43,376 nt of DNA from a virus, in IMG/VR virus record IMGVR_UViG_3300009838_000005, one strand, 5' to 3'. The position numbers and the translations under genes are program-made. Shown here one piece after another: positions 16,828 through 25,894 of this stretch. The notes beneath the pieces were generated by a model. It did not search any database. It was not told where the DNA came from and was given only the letters and a program-made list of their open reading frames with translations. Numbering within the stretch: position 1 is the stretch's first letter; every line of letters starts with the position of its first letter.

Positions 16828-18779
16828 CAAAAGAGCAAAAACGCGCCCTTGCCTTGGCTCGCGCAAGGCTTCGCCTAAAGCAAGCGGGAAGTGCAGTCTC
16901 AAGCCCTTCCGCTGGCATGGACTCCGAAATTAGCGACATGTTGCCGAATGCGAGAGTGAGCAAGTCGGAACGCGAGTTTGCGGCCCTACCCGGATGGGCA
17001 AAGCCGCTCGTCGCGGCAAACGACCTTGTGGGACTTGCGGCCAACGGGATGACCTTTGGCTTCGGAGACAAGGCTCTTGCGAAGGTTGATGAACTTGTCG
17101 GGCGCGGCTCATACGATGAGCGCCTTTTCAAAAGGCGCGAAGAAACCGCCGCATCCCGTGAGCGGGCAGGCATTCCTGGGGCTGTTGCGGAGATCGGCGG
17201 GTCTGTTGTTCCGGCAGTCAAGGCCGCACAGATGGGGCTTACGGCAACCCGTCTTCCGGGTATGTGGGGAAAACTTGGCGGAATGGCCATTGACGGGGGG
17301 GCTTTTGGTGGTTTGACCGCTGCTGGCAACGATTCAAACATTGGCCTTGGCGCTGGTGTCGGTGCCGCCCTTGGTGCGGGCGGGCAAGCCGTGGCCAAGG
17401 TTGGCGGGGCGCTTGCTAAGCCGATCACGTCTCGATTATTCCCGCAGAAGGCCACTCAGGGAGTTCTTACCAAGGCAATGGACGAGGCCGCAACCAATCC
17501 GCAGGCTATTGCGCAAGACTTGGCGAAGGCCCGCGCCGATGGTCAGGACGTATATTCCGTTATGGACGCTATGGGCTATCCCGGCCAGCGACTTGCCAGA
17601 AACGTTGTTCGCACCCCCAACGAGGGGCGAACGCCAATGGTGGAGTTCTTGAACAAGCGGCAGGCGGGGCAGGGGCGGCGTGTATCAACTGCGCTTTCCG
17701 AAGGCTTTGGCGACCCGGCAACAGCCCTCAAGCGCACGGAAGCACTTAAGCAAAGCCGGAAGGCCGGTGGCGATATAAACTATACTGCCGCCCGAAATTC
17801 GGCGTCCAGTGTCAACACCGATAACGTCATAGCCAAGATCGACAGCATTGCTGGCAAGCCCACAATCGGCGGCAGGGTAATGAACGTTCCCGGCATGGCT
17901 GATGATACCATCCAAGGGCTTATGACTCGCGTGCGGTCCATGCTTGTGGGCCGTGATGGACGCGCACAGAAGATCGACTTCAATGCGCTTCTCACTGTCC
18001 GCCAAGACATTGGAGACATGGCAAGCGCCGCATATCGCGCCGGGAAGAATAACCAATATTCAAAACTCAAGGCGGTTCTGGATGAACTGGATTCAGCCCT
18101 TGCGGGCGCGTCCAAGGATTACAAGAAGGCGCTGACGCAGTACGCAGACGATTCCAGAGTCATTGACGCCGTGGATGAGGGCAGGGCCGCAGCGATGGGC
18201 GGGCGGTTTGAGGACACCATTCCGGCCTTCCAGAAGAAAACCCCGGCACAACAGGCAGCGTTTCGCGCCGGTTACGCCGATCCGCTCATTGCCCAAACTC
18301 AACAGGCGGCGGTGGGCGTCAACAAAGTGCGTCCACTTATCAATGATGCCTTTGGCCAGGAGTTCCCCGCTTTTGCCGCACCCGGTCAGGCTCCCCAGCT
18401 TGGACGCAGAATTGGCCGCGAACAAGCCATGTTTGAAACACGGGATCAGGCGTTGGGCGGTTCACGAACGGACATGAACCTTGGTGACGAGGCAGACATT
18501 GGCCTTTTAGACCCGTCAGTGCTTGGCAACATGCTTTCAGGCAATCTTACGGGCGCTGCCAAGAATGCCATTCTTCAGGGCATATCGGCGCTAAAGGGGC
18601 AACCGCCATCTGTCCGCAAAATGCTGTCAGACGCGCTCCGCGCCAATGATCCGGCTATTGCACAGAAAATGCTGTCAGACGCCGTTTCCCAAATCAACGC
18701 CAGCCAACAGCAGAAACAGGCCATCGTCCGCGCCTTGATGCTGCTGGGCACGGCTGGGACCGTCCAAGCCCAAAACTAA
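16818..18779 (+). CDS. Ejection/internal virion protein-like, largest (653 aa)
   Basis: This is the third of the run. It has Gly/Ala-rich putative membrane-active segments (GGLTAAGNDSNIGLGAGVGAALGAGGQAVA). Confidence 0.45.
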   Translation: MAMTKEQKRALALARARLRLKQAGSAVSSPSAGMDSEISDMLPNARVSKSEREFAALPGWAKPLVAANDLVGLAANGMTFGFGDKALAKVDELVGRGSYDERLFKRREETAASRERAGIPGAVAEIGGSVVPAVKAAQMGLTATRLPGMWGKLGGMAIDGGAFGGLTAAGNDSNIGLGAGVGAALGAGGQAVAKVGGALAKPITSRLFPQKATQGVLTKAMDEAATNPQAIAQDLAKARADGQDVYSVMDAMGYPGQRLARNVVRTPNEGRTPMVEFLNKRQAGQGRRVSTALSEGFGDPATALKRTEALKQSRKAGGDINYTAARNSASSVNTDNVIAKIDSIAGKPTIGGRVMNVPGMADDTIQGLMTRVRSMLVGRDGRAQKIDFNALLTVRQDIGDMASAAYRAGKNNQYSKLKAVLDELDSALAGASKDYKKALTQYADDSRVIDAVDEGRAAAMGGRFEDTIPAFQKKTPAQQAAFRAGYADPLIAQTQQAAVGVNKVRPLINDAFGQEFPAFAAPGQAPQLGRRIGREQAMFETRDQALGGSRTDMNLGDEADIGLLDPSVLGNMLSGNLTGAAKNAILQGISALKGQPPSVRKMLSDALRANDPAIAQKMLSDAVSQINASQQQKQAIVRALMLLGTAGTVQAQN

Positions 18780-18830
18780 CCCGGCCAGCCGTGGTTAAAT
18801 AGGTATAGGCCCGTCATCAAAACGATGATG

Positions 18831-18862
18831 GACGCCCAATGCCACGGCGTCAGCTTTTGTTT
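18831..18862 (+). terminator. Rho-independent terminator-like hairpin
   Basis: GACGCC-caatgccac-GGCGTC is followed by agcTTTTgTTTc. It lies ~50 nt after the stop of the 653-aa gene. Confidence 0.55.
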
Positions 18863-18894
18863 CTGCATTCCCCCCTATACCACAGGAGCCATAG

Positions 18895-19767
18895 ATGGCC
18901 AACTTTAGAAAATGGTCCTCGTCGGCCAGCGGCAATTCTTCCGTTGCGGGAGGTGCCAACACCATAAATTTCGCAGAAGGCCAGGCCCCCGGCTCGGTCA
19001 ATAACTCTGCCCGCGAGATGATGGCCCAAATTCGCGCCATCTACAGCCCGGATGAGTGGGGCTGGGTAGAGCATAGCGCCACGGCCTCTGTAGCCTCACA
19101 GACGGCGTTCAAGCTGGCAGGCGACCAGACGGCCCGGTGGGTGGCAAACCGCCGCTGGCGGCTCCGCAGCGGCTCCAGTGACCGCTATGGCACGATTGTC
19201 TCGTCTTCCTACACCTCAGAGACCACAATCACGGTTACGGTTGATTCCGGTTCCCTATCCGCTTCCCATTCCCTGGCGGCACTTTCCAGCGTGTCGGACA
19301 ACCACGTTCCGGCTGACTACCTGACCGCCGCTGATCTGACGAACTATGTTACCTCGAACAGCCTTTCAGCGGCCAAGGCGACCGCCGCCAATTTTTGGGC
19401 CAACGATGCCGACAAGTTCCTTGTGACGGACAAGGTATGGAGCGCGGCGGGGTCCGTGGCGCTTTCCTACAGTGCGGGCGGCACGACCACGGCAGACTTC
19501 TCCGCTGGCCTCAACTTCACGCTCACGACCGGCGCGGCGGACTCGACCCTTGGCGTTGCCAATGCCTCGAAACTGCAATCCGGTTTCATCTATATCACGC
19601 AGGGCGCAACGCCCCGAAGCCTGACATTCTCATCCGCCTGGGTGTTCCCGTCCGGCACAGACCCGACGCTGACGGCATCGGCGGGCGCGAAGGACATCCT
19701 GTTTTATCAGGTCATCAGCACGACCGGGCCAATCGTGTTTGGCAACCTCATTCGCAACGTGAGTTAA
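18895..19767 (+). CDS. Tail-fibre protein, cassette 2 (290 aa)
   Basis: AGGAG RBS. The N-terminal INFAEGQAPGSVNNSAREMMAQIRA motif is common at fibre N-termini of alphaproteobacterial phages. It also has the NYVTSNSLSAA motif and a C-terminal SGTDPTLTAS pattern. Confidence 0.65.
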   Translation: MANFRKWSSSASGNSSVAGGANTINFAEGQAPGSVNNSAREMMAQIRAIYSPDEWGWVEHSATASVASQTAFKLAGDQTARWVANRRWRLRSGSSDRYGTIVSSSYTSETTITVTVDSGSLSASHSLAALSSVSDNHVPADYLTAADLTNYVTSNSLSAAKATAANFWANDADKFLVTDKVWSAAGSVALSYSAGGTTTADFSAGLNFTLTTGAADSTLGVANASKLQSGFIYITQGATPRSLTFSSAWVFPSGTDPTLTASAGAKDILFYQVISTTGPIVFGNLIRNVS

Positions 19768-19771
19768 GACC

Positions 19772-20494
19772 ATGCTTCCGGGTTTAGGTGGCATCGTCGT
19801 GGGCAGCAGTGCGCCGGATAACATCGTGTTCGTGGGAGGCGCGGTTGCTGACTTCGCGGGCAGCGCCGCGACCAGCCGAACGCTTGCTCTCAACTCGGGT
19901 TTGACGGGCGGCATAGCCTCGTCTGCCTCGTCCGGTGATTTTGTCATTGCCGTGTTTGCCACGGGCTCCAATACAGACCGCACACTGGCCATCACGGACG
20001 GCACCGATCCTTATGAACTCATAGGCTCGGAAATGTACGTTGACGGTAGCGCGTTTGATGTAAATCTGCGCGTGGCTTTCAAGCGTATAACAGCCGACAC
20101 GCAGGTCACTTTTGGACCTACGGGCAGCGACAATGACGCCGGGTGTTATGCTGTGTATGTGTTTAGAAATGTGGACACTGTAACGCCGATTGACGTGGCG
20201 GTCACAATTGCGACAGGTACGGACAGCGATGTTGACCCGGCCAGCATCACGCCAAATTCACAAAACACTTTCCTTGTCGTGATTGGAGCCGGTGGAGAAG
20301 TGGAAGAAGTTGGGAATTTCACATCTTCAGAACTGACGGACTTCCTCGCTACATCAAGCAATGACCTTTATGATTGTATTCTCGGCATTGGCCATGTCCC
20401 AAGCTGGCCGGGTGGCGCGTTCAATCCGGCTGCTTTTGGAAACTCAAACGTAAATGCATGGGCCGCGATGACAATCGCGCTTCGTTCCGCTTGA
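19772..20494 (+). CDS. Fibre-associated protein, paralogue B (240 aa)
   Basis: Full-length paralogue of 1425-2144. It occupies the same position downstream of a 290-aa fibre gene. Confidence 0.6.
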   Translation: MLPGLGGIVVGSSAPDNIVFVGGAVADFAGSAATSRTLALNSGLTGGIASSASSGDFVIAVFATGSNTDRTLAITDGTDPYELIGSEMYVDGSAFDVNLRVAFKRITADTQVTFGPTGSDNDAGCYAVYVFRNVDTVTPIDVAVTIATGTDSDVDPASITPNSQNTFLVVIGAGGEVEEVGNFTSSELTDFLATSSNDLYDCILGIGHVPSWPGGAFNPAAFGNSNVNAWAAMTIALRSA

Positions 20495-20508
20495 TAGGGG
20501 GGGCTTTC

Positions 20509-20775
20509 ATGGAAGACTGGCACTTGGACAAGAAGGTTCCCATCAGCATCATTGTAATGTTTGTCATCCAGACACTTACGCTGGTTTATGTCGGCACGAC
20601 ATGGAAGACGAATATAGATAACCGAATCGAGCAGCTTGAGAAGTCAGGCGACAAAACGACTTCCTATGAAAGCCGCATCCTCATTCTTGAGCAGCAGTTT
20701 GGCTATATCCGCTCCGACTTGGCAGAAATAAAGACGCTGTTGCGCCGTCAGGTTCCCGCCCAGCCGATTGACTGA
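20509..20775 (+). CDS. Small membrane-anchored coiled-coil protein (88 aa)
   Basis: MEDWHLDKKVPISIIVMFVIQTLTLVYVGTTW forms one TM segment, followed by a heptad-like region. ATG 20509 was chosen over the 20374 extension. Confidence 0.55.
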   Translation: MEDWHLDKKVPISIIVMFVIQTLTLVYVGTTWKTNIDNRIEQLEKSGDKTTSYESRILILEQQFGYIRSDLAEIKTLLRRQVPAQPID

Positions 20776-20776
20776 T

Positions 20777-21007
20777 ATGCGGAAGGTCCGGTTTTCGCAC
20801 AAACGGAACAAGGGCTGTTGGGGCAAAGCCTACATTGACGAATGGCGCATTGAAATTGACCCCGAACTAGAACCCAAGACAGAAATGGATATCGCCCTGC
20901 ACGAGGGGCTTCATCTGCTTTTCCCATACACCGAAGAAAACCACATAGACGAAGCCGGAAAGACGCTGGCCGACCTTTTATGGCGTCTTGGCTTTCGCAA
21001 GGAATAG
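20777..21007 (+). CDS. Mini SprT-like zinc metallopeptidase-motif protein (76 aa)
   Basis: CWGKAYIDEWRIEIDPEL...IALHEGLHLLFP shows the SprT-like layout with an HExxH motif. Confidence 0.5.
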   Translation: MRKVRFSHKRNKGCWGKAYIDEWRIEIDPELEPKTEMDIALHEGLHLLFPYTEENHIDEAGKTLADLLWRLGFRKE

Positions 21008-21015
21008 GAGTGTGG

Positions 21016-22026
21016 ATGCCCGTTAAATTCACGGATGATGAATTTATCACAGCCTGGAAGCGGCTTGGATCACCCGCAGCGGTGGCGAAGGCGCTGGGGC
21101 TTAATCTGAGGGGCGTATATGCTAGACGCAAGGCAATTGAAGACCGTCACGGCCTAATTCTGGACAGCGCCATCAATATTCGCAGCGGGCGGCCAAAAGC
21201 GCATGTTGACCGCATAGGACACCGCATCACGCTGGACATTCCAGACGGTCAGGTGGTCATCTTCGGAGATGCCCACTATTGGCCTGGGGACAGGTCAACA
21301 GCGCACCAAGCACTTGTGCAGATCATCAAGGAATTGAAGCCGGAACTGGTCATCTGCAACGGTGACGCCTTCGACGGTGCCAGAATATCGCGCCACCCGG
21401 CCACGTCATGGGCCAAGATGCCGGAAGTGGCTGACGAACTGGCCTATTGCCAGGAAATGCTAGGCGAGATTGCCAGCGTATGCCCTAACAGCGCGAAACT
21501 CGTCTGGAACATGGGCAACCACGACACCCGGTTTTCGGCGCGGCTTGCACAGCAGGCGGGAGAATATGTCGGGGTTCCGGGGACTGACCTGCCGGACCAC
21601 TTCAGCGAATGGAACTTTGCTTGGTCAACGCAAATCAATGACGACACGATGGTCAAGCATCGGTGGCATAACGGTCTTCACGCGGCATGGAACAATGTTT
21701 TGAAGTCTGGTTTTCACCTTTTCTCAAATCACTTGCACCGGCTATGCGTTACGCCGCTAACGGACTATCGCGGGCGGCGCTACGGCGTGGATTGCGGCAC
21801 TCTCAGCGACTTCGGCCCGACTGTTGATAAGTTCATCTATGGCGAGGATAATCCGTTCAATTGGGGGTCCGGCTTTTGCGTGGCGACATACAAGCGGGGG
21901 AAGCTGCTTCCGCCTGAGTTGGTTGTCGTGCAGGACGGCGTAGCATATTTCAGAGGGCGTGAAATTTATTCCGCACACGGCGCAATTTTGCCGCAAAAGA
22001 AGGGTAAGCAGAAGGTCGCAGCATGA
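21016..22026 (+). CDS. Calcineurin-like metallophosphoesterase with an N-terminal HTH-like segment (336 aa)
   Basis: Motifs are GDAHYWPGD, NGDAFDG and GNHD in canonical order. AGGAG RBS upstream of ATG 21016. Confidence 0.7.
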   Translation: MPVKFTDDEFITAWKRLGSPAAVAKALGLNLRGVYARRKAIEDRHGLILDSAINIRSGRPKAHVDRIGHRITLDIPDGQVVIFGDAHYWPGDRSTAHQALVQIIKELKPELVICNGDAFDGARISRHPATSWAKMPEVADELAYCQEMLGEIASVCPNSAKLVWNMGNHDTRFSARLAQQAGEYVGVPGTDLPDHFSEWNFAWSTQINDDTMVKHRWHNGLHAAWNNVLKSGFHLFSNHLHRLCVTPLTDYRGRRYGVDCGTLSDFGPTVDKFIYGEDNPFNWGSGFCVATYKRGKLLPPELVVVQDGVAYFRGREIYSAHGAILPQKKGKQKVAA

Positions 22027-22475
22027 GCATCCTTCCGCCATCCAAGCTGGTAGTAATTGAAAGCCCGTTCAGGGCTACTCCGTACTACACGCAAGAGCAA
22101 CATCGCCTTTACCTATACCACGCGGTTGCGGACTGCATCCGGCGCGGCGAGTCACCTTTCGCAAGTCATCTGATCTTGCCGGAAGTGCTCAACGATGACG
22201 ACGAATACGAGCGTGCTTTGGGAATAAAGGTCGGCACAAATTGGGGAAAGTATGCCGACCTCGTTGCCGTGTATTCATGCTTGGGTGTGAGCCCCGGAAT
22301 GAAAGCGGCCATTGCCCACTACAAGAGCCTGAACAAGCCGATAGAATGGCGCAGGCTACCTGACCGCATTGTTACAGCGGTCAAGGGTTTCGGGGAGTCA
22401 ACCTTAATGGAGACGCCCCCGGATGAAGATATGGATTACCCTAGCGGCGCTGCTGTGCCTCACAACGGCGGCTAG
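22023..22475 (+). CDS. Hypothetical protein, DUF4406/nucleoside-deoxyribosyltransferase-like fold suspected (150 aa)
   Basis: The pattern is KLVVIESPFRA...GESPFASHL...DLVAVY...SPGMKAAI. The assignment is weak. Confidence 0.4.
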   Translation: MSILPPSKLVVIESPFRATPYYTQEQHRLYLYHAVADCIRRGESPFASHLILPEVLNDDDEYERALGIKVGTNWGKYADLVAVYSCLGVSPGMKAAIAHYKSLNKPIEWRRLPDRIVTAVKGFGESTLMETPPDEDMDYPSGAAVPHNGG

Positions 22476-22803
22476 TGCCCATGATTGGTATATCGGCCAA
22501 CGCGACCCCGTAACAGGCGGATCTTGCTGCACCACGGCAGCAAGCGCCAAATCTGGCGACTGCAACGAACTGCTCATTGAGCCGGGTGTTCTTGAACCCG
22601 TGCCGGAAGGCTACCGGATCAGGCTGACGGTTGAGCAGGCCCGCAAGCTGAACCCGCTCCGCACGATGCCAGTGGATACGATTGTCCCGGAAGAACGCAT
22701 TCAGGAATCGGGCGACGGCAATTGGCATATGTGCATCCCGTCCTATCCCGTTGGGAACATGAAAGCGGACTTCTTCTGCTTTTTCCGTCCGGGAATGCTC
22801 TGA
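22423..22803 (+). CDS. Secreted hypothetical protein (126 aa)
   Basis: The signal peptide is MKIWITLAALLCLTTAASA|HD, and the mature part is Cys-containing. The gene overlaps the upstream gene by 53 nt. Confidence 0.5.
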   Translation: MKIWITLAALLCLTTAASAHDWYIGQRDPVTGGSCCTTAASAKSGDCNELLIEPGVLEPVPEGYRIRLTVEQARKLNPLRTMPVDTIVPEERIQESGDGNWHMCIPSYPVGNMKADFFCFFRPGML

Positions 22804-23441
22804 TGCCAAAAGGGCGGGGTTTCGAGCCAGAACAGTATTACGGGCAAAAGTACGGGCGGTTGACTGTCCGCAAGTTCTCCGAGTTCCGGCAATCGGGAAA
22901 GCGGTTCCGGCACGCCATGTTTCTTTGTGGTTGCGATTGTGGCGCTACGTACGAAGCAAGCATTTATTCGCTCCGCAGTGGCAACACAGCAAGCTGTGGG
23001 TGTCTGCGGCGTGAAATGATGACTACGCACGGCCAATCCAGAACAGTGGAATATCAGATTTGGGAAGGAATGGTGCGGCGCGGCACCGGGAAAGAAAACC
23101 GCAATTCATATTATCATCGGGGCATTCACATTTGCGGGGAATGGTTAGGGGAATACGGATTTGCAAGGTTCATCGAACATATAGGGCCACGGCCAAGCCC
23201 AAAGCATAGCGTGGACAGAATTGACAATAACCGTGGCTATGAACCCGGAAACGTTAGGTGGGCCACACCCGCAGAACAGTCGAGAAACACACGACGGAAC
23301 AAGTGGGTTACTGTTGATGGTGAGCGGATGTGCCTGCGTGATGCCTGCAATCGTGTTGGTGTAAAATATCATACAGCGTTGTACAGGCTTAAGCGTGGGT
23401 GGGGCGAAAACAGGGCTCTATCCCCGGTGGAGGCCGCATGA
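22803..23441 (+). CDS. HNH-superfamily (degenerate HNH_3-type) homing-endonuclease-like protein (212 aa)
   Basis: YGRLTV...CGCDCG...SCGC forms a zinc module, followed by SVDRIDNNRGYEPGNVRWATPAEQSRN. TGATG and ATGA overlaps with the neighbours. Confidence 0.65.
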   Translation: MPKGRGFEPEQYYGQKYGRLTVRKFSEFRQSGKRFRHAMFLCGCDCGATYEASIYSLRSGNTASCGCLRREMMTTHGQSRTVEYQIWEGMVRRGTGKENRNSYYHRGIHICGEWLGEYGFARFIEHIGPRPSPKHSVDRIDNNRGYEPGNVRWATPAEQSRNTRRNKWVTVDGERMCLRDACNRVGVKYHTALYRLKRGWGENRALSPVEAA

Positions 23442-23704
23442 ACGCCATCCTCGCCGCCCTTCTCCTCGCCCAGCAGCAGCCCTGCGGCCCGACAGGCATG
23501 GTCGAAAAGCGCATTGCAGACCAGTACGGCGAAAGCATCGTTGGCGCTGGCGTGACGGCTGGCGGCGTGATGTTCCTCACCAGCAACCCGACAACCGGAA
23601 CATTCACAATCATGTTGCGCCGCCAGGACGGCATGACCTGTGTCCTCATGGGCGGCACGGGATACGCGACACAGGACAGCATCGAACCAGGAGAAGACCT
23701 TTGA
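23438..23704 (+). CDS. Small exported protein (88 aa)
   Basis: The N-terminus MNAILAALLLAQQQPCG is signal- or lipoprotein-like but not a canonical lipobox. ATGA overlap upstream and TTGA overlap downstream. It sits next to the endolysin. Confidence 0.5.
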   Translation: MNAILAALLLAQQQPCGPTGMVEKRIADQYGESIVGAGVTAGGVMFLTSNPTTGTFTIMLRRQDGMTCVLMGGTGYATQDSIEPGEDL

Positions 23705-24135
23705 ACCGCAAGCGCACGAATTGGCTCGTCATCCACTGTAGCGCAACCCGCGCCGTCATGGACGTGGGCGTTAAGGAAATAACCCAGTGGCATCGCGCCC
23801 AAGGATGGAGCGGGTGCGGTTATCACTATGTCATCCGCCGCTCGGGCAAGGTTGAGGCGGGCCGCCCCGTGGACGCCATCGGCAGTCACGTCAAAGGCCA
23901 CAACGTCGATTCAGTCGGCATCTGCCTTGCGGGCGGGCTGAACAACGAAACCTTCAAGCCGGAAAACAATTACACTCCGCAGCAGTGGGACACTCTCCGC
24001 AAGCTGTTGACGGGGCTTTTGAAGAAGTATCCTAAGGCCAAGGTTCTAGGCCATCGGGATTTTGCGGGAGTGGCAAAAGCGTGCCCCTGTTTCCCGGCTA
24101 AGGTGTGGGCAAAGAAAAACGGCTTCCCCGTTTGA
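23701..24135 (+). CDS. Endolysin: N-acetylmuramoyl-L-alanine amidase (T7-lysozyme/PGRP type, 144 aa)
   Basis: Motifs are WLVIHCSAT, GYHYVIRRSG, SHVKGHNVDSVGICLAGG and AKACPCF. The TTG 23701 start is coupled to the upstream stop. The longer 23395 start gives an Arg/Pro-rich off-type N-terminus. Confidence 0.85.
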   Translation: MNRKRTNWLVIHCSATRAVMDVGVKEITQWHRAQGWSGCGYHYVIRRSGKVEAGRPVDAIGSHVKGHNVDSVGICLAGGLNNETFKPENNYTPQQWDTLRKLLTGLLKKYPKAKVLGHRDFAGVAKACPCFPAKVWAKKNGFPV

Positions 24136-24146
24136 TGTGTACTCCG

Positions 24147-24698
24147 TCATCTTTCTATTCGGCGTCTTCCTGCCCTGATATTGCAAACAAGGGCGGGAGA
24201 CACGCCGAACTTTCTAGCCAAGGAACGAACACCTTCCGCGCTGTTGCGAATTTCTGCAACGGCCTCATCAGACAGTTTTTTAGGTGGGTGTCCGTGACGA
24301 CCGCGTTCAATTTTGTCGGCCATGTTGTCCTTTTGCGTTCCCTTGATCAAATGTCGCGGGTTTACACATGGCGGATTGTCGCAAGTGTGGCGGATTACTT
24401 CTGCTTCAGAAACTTGCCCGTTATGCATTTCGTAAGACAGCCGGTGTGCGCGGATCAGTTTATCGCGTCCCTTGCCAATCACTCCGTATCCGTAAAAAGT
24501 GGTCCCGCCAAGCCAAGGCCAGCATTCATCTGCGCCACGTTTATCAACCTTCTCCCAAAACCGATCTGCAATGGGCCTGGATGTCCATTTAGCGGTGTTG
24601 GACGCTCTGCATTCTGGCGAACAATATTTCGATATTGTTGCCCGATAGGGTTTGACCTTGTAGGCCATCCCGCAAACTGTGCATGTCAAATCAATCAT
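24147..24698 (-). CDS. Free-standing HNH homing endonuclease with a C-terminal HTH (183 aa), antisense within the lysis cassette
   Basis: Motifs are CWPWLGG...GYGVIG...IRHTCDNPPCVNPRHLIKGTQKDN plus VRSLARKFGVSPALVCNIRAG. It is the only - strand gene in the late arm. Confidence 0.85.
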   Translation of the reverse strand: MIDLTCTVCGMAYKVKPYRATISKYCSPECRASNTAKWTSRPIADRFWEKVDKRGADECWPWLGGTTFYGYGVIGKGRDKLIRAHRLSYEMHNGQVSEAEVIRHTCDNPPCVNPRHLIKGTQKDNMADKIERGRHGHPPKKLSDEAVAEIRNSAEGVRSLARKFGVSPALVCNIRAGRRRIER

Positions 24699-24712
24699 AG
24701 GAGCATGTTAAC

Positions 24713-24889
24713 ATGATTACCTCGGTGGACAAAGCGTTAGTTGCTATGGTGATGGGCTTGCTGTTCATCATTCAGAGCTTCACCGGCTTCAACTTGAGTT
24801 GGATTTCGGAGACGCAAATCACAACCATTATCGGGCTTCTCACGCCGGTTCTGGTGTGGGCTATCCCGAACAAACAGACTTCGGCGTGA
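24713..24889 (+). CDS. Holin-like small membrane protein (58 aa; below the ORF-track cutoff)
   Basis: MITSVDKALVAMVMGLLFIIQSF...IIGLLTPVLVWAIPNKQTSA has two hydrophobic segments. AGGAGC RBS. The gene is adjacent to the endolysin region. Confidence 0.55.
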   Translation: MITSVDKALVAMVMGLLFIIQSFTGFNLSWISETQITTIIGLLTPVLVWAIPNKQTSA

Positions 24890-24890
24890 T

Positions 24891-25139
24891 ATGTCCGCGC
24901 CGGAGGTTATCGGCTATGTGCTTGTCGGCCTCGGCTTAATCGCCGGGGCCTTCCTCTTTGCGCGAAGACCTGAGTTCTGGATTGAATTTGGCTACAGGCT
25001 GTTTCAACGCCTGTGGCCGTTTGTGTGGGCGTTCGTGTCCAAGCGCATGAGCCCGGAAGACGAGAAGGCCATGCGCGACTGTGCCAGGCGCGGCGGGGAG
25101 TGGGACAACTTCGCCAAGAAGTGTCGGAACAAACGCTAG
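24891..25139 (+). CDS. Holin/antiholin-like membrane protein (82 aa)
   Basis: Hydrophobic segments are VIGYVLVGLGLIAGAFLFA and LWPFVWAFV, followed by a basic C-terminal tail. This is the last gene of the late arm. Confidence 0.5.
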   Translation: MSAPEVIGYVLVGLGLIAGAFLFARRPEFWIEFGYRLFQRLWPFVWAFVSKRMSPEDEKAMRDCARRGGEWDNFAKKCRNKR

Positions 25140-25471
25140 TCCTTCCCGATCATCGCCCGGATGGCGACGGCGATGTTTGCGTCATTGCACCACGCCATCG
25201 CATTGGCGAAGTCTCCGCTGTTAGTGCAACCGCAGTCACAGAACCATGTCCCGTCTGGCGTCTGTTCTACGCAGTCACAGGGCTTTCTCTTCGGTTCCGC
25301 CACCCGCGCCGCTTCCTCCAGCACCACGGCTATGGCGGCGTCTGCCTCAATACGATAGTCTTCTTTGGTGCCTTCCTCGCCAAGAACATCCCATTTTGTG
25401 CCGCCGGTGTGCTCGTATATCGCTCTCGCCACCTTCTCGCGCAGCGCCGCGCGGGCTTCGTCACTTGTCAT
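25136..25471 (-). CDS. Hypothetical Cys-rich protein (111 aa)
   Basis: GAGGAG RBS 8 nt upstream of ATG 25471. The C-terminus carries a CDC...CDCGC cluster. This is the last gene of the - strand arm. Confidence 0.55.
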   Translation of the reverse strand: MTSDEARAALREKVARAIYEHTGGTKWDVLGEEGTKEDYRIEADAAIAVVLEEAARVAEPKRKPCDCVEQTPDGTWFCDCGCTNSGDFANAMAWCNDANIAVAIRAMIGKD

Positions 25472-25646
25472 TGGCGTTGCTCCTCGGTTTTGCGTGGACA
25501 GGGCAATCTCCAGAAATCCAAAACTCAACGCCATTTTTGGTCTGCACACCGCGCCCATAATGATTGTCTATCACGGGGCAAGTGCAGCCATCGTTAATGG
25601 CTGCCTGACTGCCGGGGCGGGGGGTGGCTGATGTCATGTCATTCAT
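25461..25646 (-). CDS. Small Cys-motif protein (61 aa)
   Basis: GGAGGG RBS. The motif CTCPVIDNHYGRG...ISGDCPVH is zinc-binding-like. Confidence 0.55.
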   Translation of the reverse strand: MNDMTSATPRPGSQAAINDGCTCPVIDNHYGRGVQTKNGVEFWISGDCPVHAKPRSNANDK

Positions 25647-25648
25647 CG

Positions 25649-25894
25649 CTAGCACCCTCCGCAATAGCCGCTCTCGGAGGCATACTCCCCGCTGGTGCGG
25701 GGCTCCGTGAGGGGGAGGATGATGGCGGGGGCGGTGCAGTGGAACAGGGCCACATACTCGGTAGGTTGCTTTGCCGTCATCCCCGGCCACGCATTGATGG
25801 CGGCGGCGATGATTGACGAAACGCTGCCGCCGTTCTGTTGACATTCCATGGCTGCCCAAAGAGCTTCTTTCGGTAGTTGATTATTTGTCAGCAT
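25649..25894 (-). CDS. Hypothetical protein, LPLTEP paralogue 2 (81 aa)
   Basis: GGAG RBS before ATG 25894. It shares LPKEAL.AA...IAAAINAWP...ILPLTEP with the gene at 25881-26126. Confidence 0.5.
   Translation of the reverse strand: MLTNNQLPKEALWAAMECQQNGGSVSSIIAAAINAWPGMTAKQPTEYVALFHCTAPAIILPLTEPRTSGEYASESGYCGGC

Noticed and set aside
553-20494. A diversity-generating retroelement, suggested by the paralogous fibre cassettes and by first-codon-position variation in the Y/N/D-G array.
   Set aside because: There is no reverse transcriptase ORF anywhere in the genome. No template/variable repeat pair with adenine-specific differences was seen.
23395-23700. Long N-terminal extensions of ORF-track entries. 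Examples are amidase from 23395, HNH-like from 22722, capsid from 4759, metallophosphoesterase from 20980, 26802-27605 and 36524.
   Set aside because: The extended parts are Arg/Pro/Gly-rich and overlap upstream genes out of frame. Internal starts with an SD or stop-start coupling give products that begin where the recognisable domains begin.
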